A stretch of 64,000 nt of DNA from Macrostomum lignano (lineage: Eukaryota). The notes below the pieces were generated by a model. It did no database searches, was not told where the DNA came from, and worked only from the letters and a program-made list of their open reading frames with translations. Positions within the stretch are counted from its first letter, which is position 1; each line of letters opens with the position of its first letter. The DNA lies in contig NIVC01002732.1 of NCBI GenBank assembly GCA_002269645.1, forward strand, positions 62,001 to 126,000. The letters run 5' to 3'. Positions 59,501 through 64,000 of this stretch are shown one piece after another. The translations under genes and the position numbers were made by a program.

Positions 59501-62500
59501 TGAGTCTGCTGAAGTTTTATAAGGCATAAATATGGTTGAGTCTAGTATAGAAATTACGATTTTTACTATAAAAAGCTTCACTAGCTAACAGTCTATTTCA
59601 GAAAGCATCGAATGAAATTGAGCTGAATAACTAGGTAGGTCGTAAAATGATGTTTTCATATTATTAGTACAGGCGTACAAGGTTGTACCTTGGAAATTAA
59701 AGCTCTCAAAGAGACGCTTGTGTACCATTTAGACAAGCTGTCGTTTGTAGTATTTTGCTGGCATCTGCACTAACCTGTCCAGATGTTTCTCTGTGATTTC
59801 CATGTTACAGTGAAGTCTAAAAATTTCCCGTTAGGTAAACTCTAAAAAGACCTGAAATCTTTGCTTCGTTTGGCCACCTCTCTAGATGACAGAATGCACC
59901 AATCTAAACTCACTCCGAGGAATTTCCATGCAAACCGTAATGTCAGGACCCCATGGGTTGTCACCGTGCGCTTTAGTGAGTGTCCACGAGCCGCGAGTCC
60001 TAACAACAATGACATCTTTCATCGACAGTCCACGGTGCAAAACAGCGACGATACGCGGTCAATCGCGTACCGAAAATTGCGGCGCCATTCTAGCTGAACT
60101 CCAGCAACCGAAATGTAATGAAATCGTCTTGTTGTCGTCTTTGTGGAAAACTCAAATCATTCCAAATAGCATGACAAATAGACTTTTCTATGGCTTACTT
60201 TCTTGAGGTGATTCAACGTTCCGGTTTGCGTGCCCTCTGTTCCACAAGGCACGACAGAAGCTATACTAAATCAATACACTAATTAACGAGCTTGCGCAAG
60301 CCACGTAGCTACGGTAAACTTCACCAAAAACTAAGCCAGAAAGCTTGTTTACCGTACGACATACACCTTGACGGTATTTGGTTCTCTGATTTTTAGGGTC
60401 GATGGATCTCTGTTCTCTGAATCATTAGGGAGTATATAAGTGGACTATTGTGCAGTTGTTTTATTGAAAAGAATTTAAAAATGCATTTTGACATGAAGGC
60501 AACAAACTAAATGTCATTTTTTGTTATATTTTTGTCAATTCTCACAAAATAGCGCGATCTAAAAGATTTATTCAGTAATTATTTACAATAGATAGTTATG
60601 TGATGATAGGAGGACGCTTAGAAAACTTTTGCTTTCTCATTACTCGAAAATTTTTCATTTTTTGAAAAGACTTCGCGTCTAAATACCGGTACAAAAGCAG
60701 GAGTTCATTGAGCTATTCAACGCAATTAAATACTTGTTTAACATTTGAATGCTTTCTTGATTTGCCAAAAAGTAAAAGTGGTGAAAAAGAAGATTTACTC
60801 GTAGTATACACATTAGTAAGGTACACACAAAAAGTCAAAGGTGGTTCATAAGGTCAATTGTTACCCATTGTTACGTATTTAGTAGAATGTAGATCCGATT
60901 GAAAATATTCTGAGTAATCGTCATTTGGCACAGTCTGGATTCGTAGCAAAGCAAAATTGAAGTATGCAAGCGTTTACTCGATATGCATGTTGCAGCTGTA
61001 AAAACGGATGGTTGAGATAATCTGGTATAAATTCTATTCAGATGGGGGATTATCCACTCAAATACCTGCTACTACAATCACCAATATCGACTTGTTTGTT
61101 GGCTACTCACTTTACCGGATTACAATCGTCCAGATGATCCCAATGTTGCCTTGATCACCATCGCCCGGTCCAGTGTTTTTTGGTGGATCCATTTTCAATG
61201 AAAAAAGTACGCGCACTAATACGAGTAAGTGCCTTGACTATGGCCTGCTAGTATACTTGTGCCCCTACCGTTATACTAGTATATATACAGTTCTGTTGGG
61301 TCTCTACATAGGTACTAATGACGCCTGCTAGATTAAATTAGCCATTAGGGACGAGCTACGTATGACTAATTTAGTGTTAGATAATCGTAAATGTAGGAAT
61401 TAAGTATCCATATTTATAAATTACAAACGTGTTACCTTTGAAATAGTCAAAATATTTGAGAACGGGTTGACTGAGACGGCACAAAAGGATGATTATCTAT
61501 TATCAGTACAAGGTTGTGCCAACTGCATTTTTTTAACTGAGATTTTTGGCTCGTATATGTGCTATTGTCTGGTCTCTACATACTTTTAATAATTACTCTA
61601 GACGTATTCTGTCTCAGTAGTACCGCTTTTAACAAAAAAATCATTTAATATCTGCTACAGACCTACTGTCAGTAGTTTGCACAGCATTGCTTTTTCGCTA
61701 TCACGCTACCAATGTATATCCGAAGCATACCAATATGGATAGACTGCAGAGGACTAAACTGTTGAGGTGTTATGCTCGATTCTGATAATGTCTACGGTAA
61801 AGCAGCTTAGCAGCGGGGTCAAGGGGCGCTAGTGGCCTAACATCGATTCATGCGAGAATTCAGGATTTTATTAATTTAGACTAGCGAGAATAAATGTTTC
61901 TAACATATCATTGATTTGCATCTTACACACGAGTATAATTGGAGCTTGTTTACGAAACTTGCGTGCTTCCGTGCGCCAGGGTATCAAGAACCCTCCTGCA
62001 GATATTTTATTATTCATATTTTGAGTTTTCTTTGCATAGTGTCCTAGTTAGATATTTAATTCTTCACACCATTGGCAAATCTATATTTAATAATATTGTA
62101 GTAGGGCATAATTTAGTAACGGGATAATATTTGCTTTTACACTACTGACAGTAGTTTTCAGGTGCAGAAGCATTATTAATTAGGGTAGTTGGGGTTTTAC
62201 GGGATTCTTTATTAATAAAAAGCAGTTGGGCTCTCGAAACTAAGTTTGCGGTCCTCCTCTCTTAGGAAAATTTAACCAAAAAGCATCGTTGGGGCCTCTG
62301 CCTCTGCCTCTGCCGCTGGATATAGTAGGGGCCATACTACCAGAGGCATAAAGCCCGAGAGGCCCAGATTGGGACCAGGACTCGGGGCCTAGTTAAATAG
62401 CCTTATTGGTGCTACTAGCCCAAGCCTATGGGGACACCGCCAACCCAACGGTGGAATCAGAGGACGGGTCCCTAACCCGAGTGTGCGGATTTCTGGAAAG

Positions 62501-62835
62501 CGGTCCGAGAGCGGGAAACCCGTGTCTACGGAAATGGTTTTAAGATTGGAGCGAGTCCATGCAGCTTATTTACCAAGGGCGCGTTTAGTTTAACAGTTTA
62601 ACAGTTTAACGTCATCAAAATCTGACCCTAGATCCTAAACCCTAGACAATTTTTTAAAATCTGTGTAACTCTATCGTCATGCACATTGTTTGAAATCAGT
62701 TGCTGCTTGTTTAAAACTTGATGTTATAATATTTTTTTCGACAATAAATCAGAGCTAATAGTTTAGTTGCCAAGTTACGAAAATCGCAATGAAATCAGAG
62801 CAGCATTGCAAGAGCTATGTTCAAAAGGGAAAGGA

Positions 62836-62855
62836 CTTTTGGAACACCCCTCGTA
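62836..62855 (-). mobile_element. Isolated Tc1/mariner-like terminal repeat
   Basis: Reverse complement TACGAGGGGTGTTCCAAAAG; partner end not found. Confidence 0.3.
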
Positions 62856-63769
62856 CTAGGATTAGGGAGTAGTATCACGAAACCTGGTGGCAGCAACCTA
62901 CCAAAATCAAACTAGTTAAAATTCTAAAGAATAATTATAATGAACCAGTAGCCTAAACCGCAGGATCCACGAGACCAATATTAACTTCGTAATCAGAAGC
63001 TAAGCTTAAAATTTGTGCTTAATCTGAAAACTCATCTTCACCTCTCTCCATCTTCTTACTTTTTCTTTCCAGAACAAGCTTCCGTTGAAATTGTTTGCCT
63101 TAAATATTTACAGATGTCAAATTATAATCTGATAAAAGTAGTGGAGCTCTGCCAATCGGATGCTATTTTGTTTACTTGATCGCAATTTCAAATGCTCCCT
63201 TTGATGGTAGACAAGGGCCGTGTTTCCGGTTGACAAATATTTAACAAGTTTCGGCACTCCAAAAGGTTAAAAAATCGCAAACCTCACCAGAAAGACAGAT
63301 GGGTACTCTAGATTAGGGCTCGGGCGCTGGCCTGCTTAAACTGATAAATCACTGGCCACTCTAATGTAATTAGTTAGGGTTAATAATTAGTTAACCCTTT
63401 CGAACTTGGATTTAATCAGGCCATCAGCGTTGTTCATTCATGGAGGTCTATACATAGCTACCTGGAATGGTTTTACTTTTTCTCAGACCTGTTTTACATA
63501 TAAGTACAGATTTTGGAATTCGTCTTATCCTTTCTATTAGAGAACGAAACTATTGCCCACAACGGCAAGAACAACAACGACAACAACAATAACAGTCTGG
63601 CTGTACTCCACATCCACTCCGCACGATGGAAAAGATGATGTTCGGGTTTCTCACCAGAGCTCGGACTCACTGGAAGGAAAGACTACGGAAGGGAAATGAT
63701 GATGTTTGAGTTCCTGAGGAAGGCCCACCCGGAATGGCTGGTCTGATCTCGGAGACTCGTTCCGATGAC

Positions 63770-63850
63770 ACACACACACACACAATAACAAAAACAACAA
63801 CAACAACAACAAAAACAAAAATAACAACAACAACAACAACAACAAAAATA
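63770..63850. repeat. (CA)n and (AAC)n microsatellites
   Basis: Direct reading. Confidence 0.9.
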
Positions 63851-64000
63851 CGTTTTCAGCCAGTCAGGCGTAAGACTACGTCACAGGGCTTGGGCGCAAA
63901 CGTAGGACGCACCGCCGGTAGTGTCGAGCAGGCAGTCGACGAAACACCGAGCGGTCCTTCGGATCTACTCTAATCACATGCCCGACCGCATCAGGTGTCT

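Noticed and set aside
63620-64000. Gene or retroelement fragment at the window end
   Set aside because: Short frames interrupted by microsatellites; truncated by the window; no identifiable motif.

Overview
This is eukaryotic (animal) genomic DNA, not prokaryotic. The evidence is GT-AG introns, TTAGGG repeats, a tRNA-derived SINE, and introns packed with locally amplified mini/microsatellites. The style resembles a free-living flatworm such as Macrostomum, but that is inference only. Three protein-coding genes on the + strand could be reconstructed by hand with splice-phase-consistent exon chains. (1) 2031-25248: a 5'-truncated RGS-RhoGEF (rgRGS-C1-DH-PH, RhoGEF2/ARHGEF11/12 family; about 18 exons, about 1,635 aa in the window). 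Its DH domain has lost several canonical exchange residues and may be a pseudo-GEF. (2) 34436-35398: a single-exon CDS encoding a putatively myristoylated F-box protein with a C-terminal PP2/Nictaba-like lectin domain, an architecture best known from plants. (3) 43280-58100: a DTHD1-like protein (coiled coil, ZU5-ZU5-UPA, death domain; 10 exons, 937 aa). Roughly a third of the window is tandem repeat, and most long ORFs in the supplied track are repeat artefacts. There are also two SINE copies, at least three MITE/foldback elements and several degenerate coding-like or TE-like tracts. One MITE is a long hairpin whose arm mismatches are strongly strand-biased. Homologue sequences used for comparison were recalled from memory, not searched.
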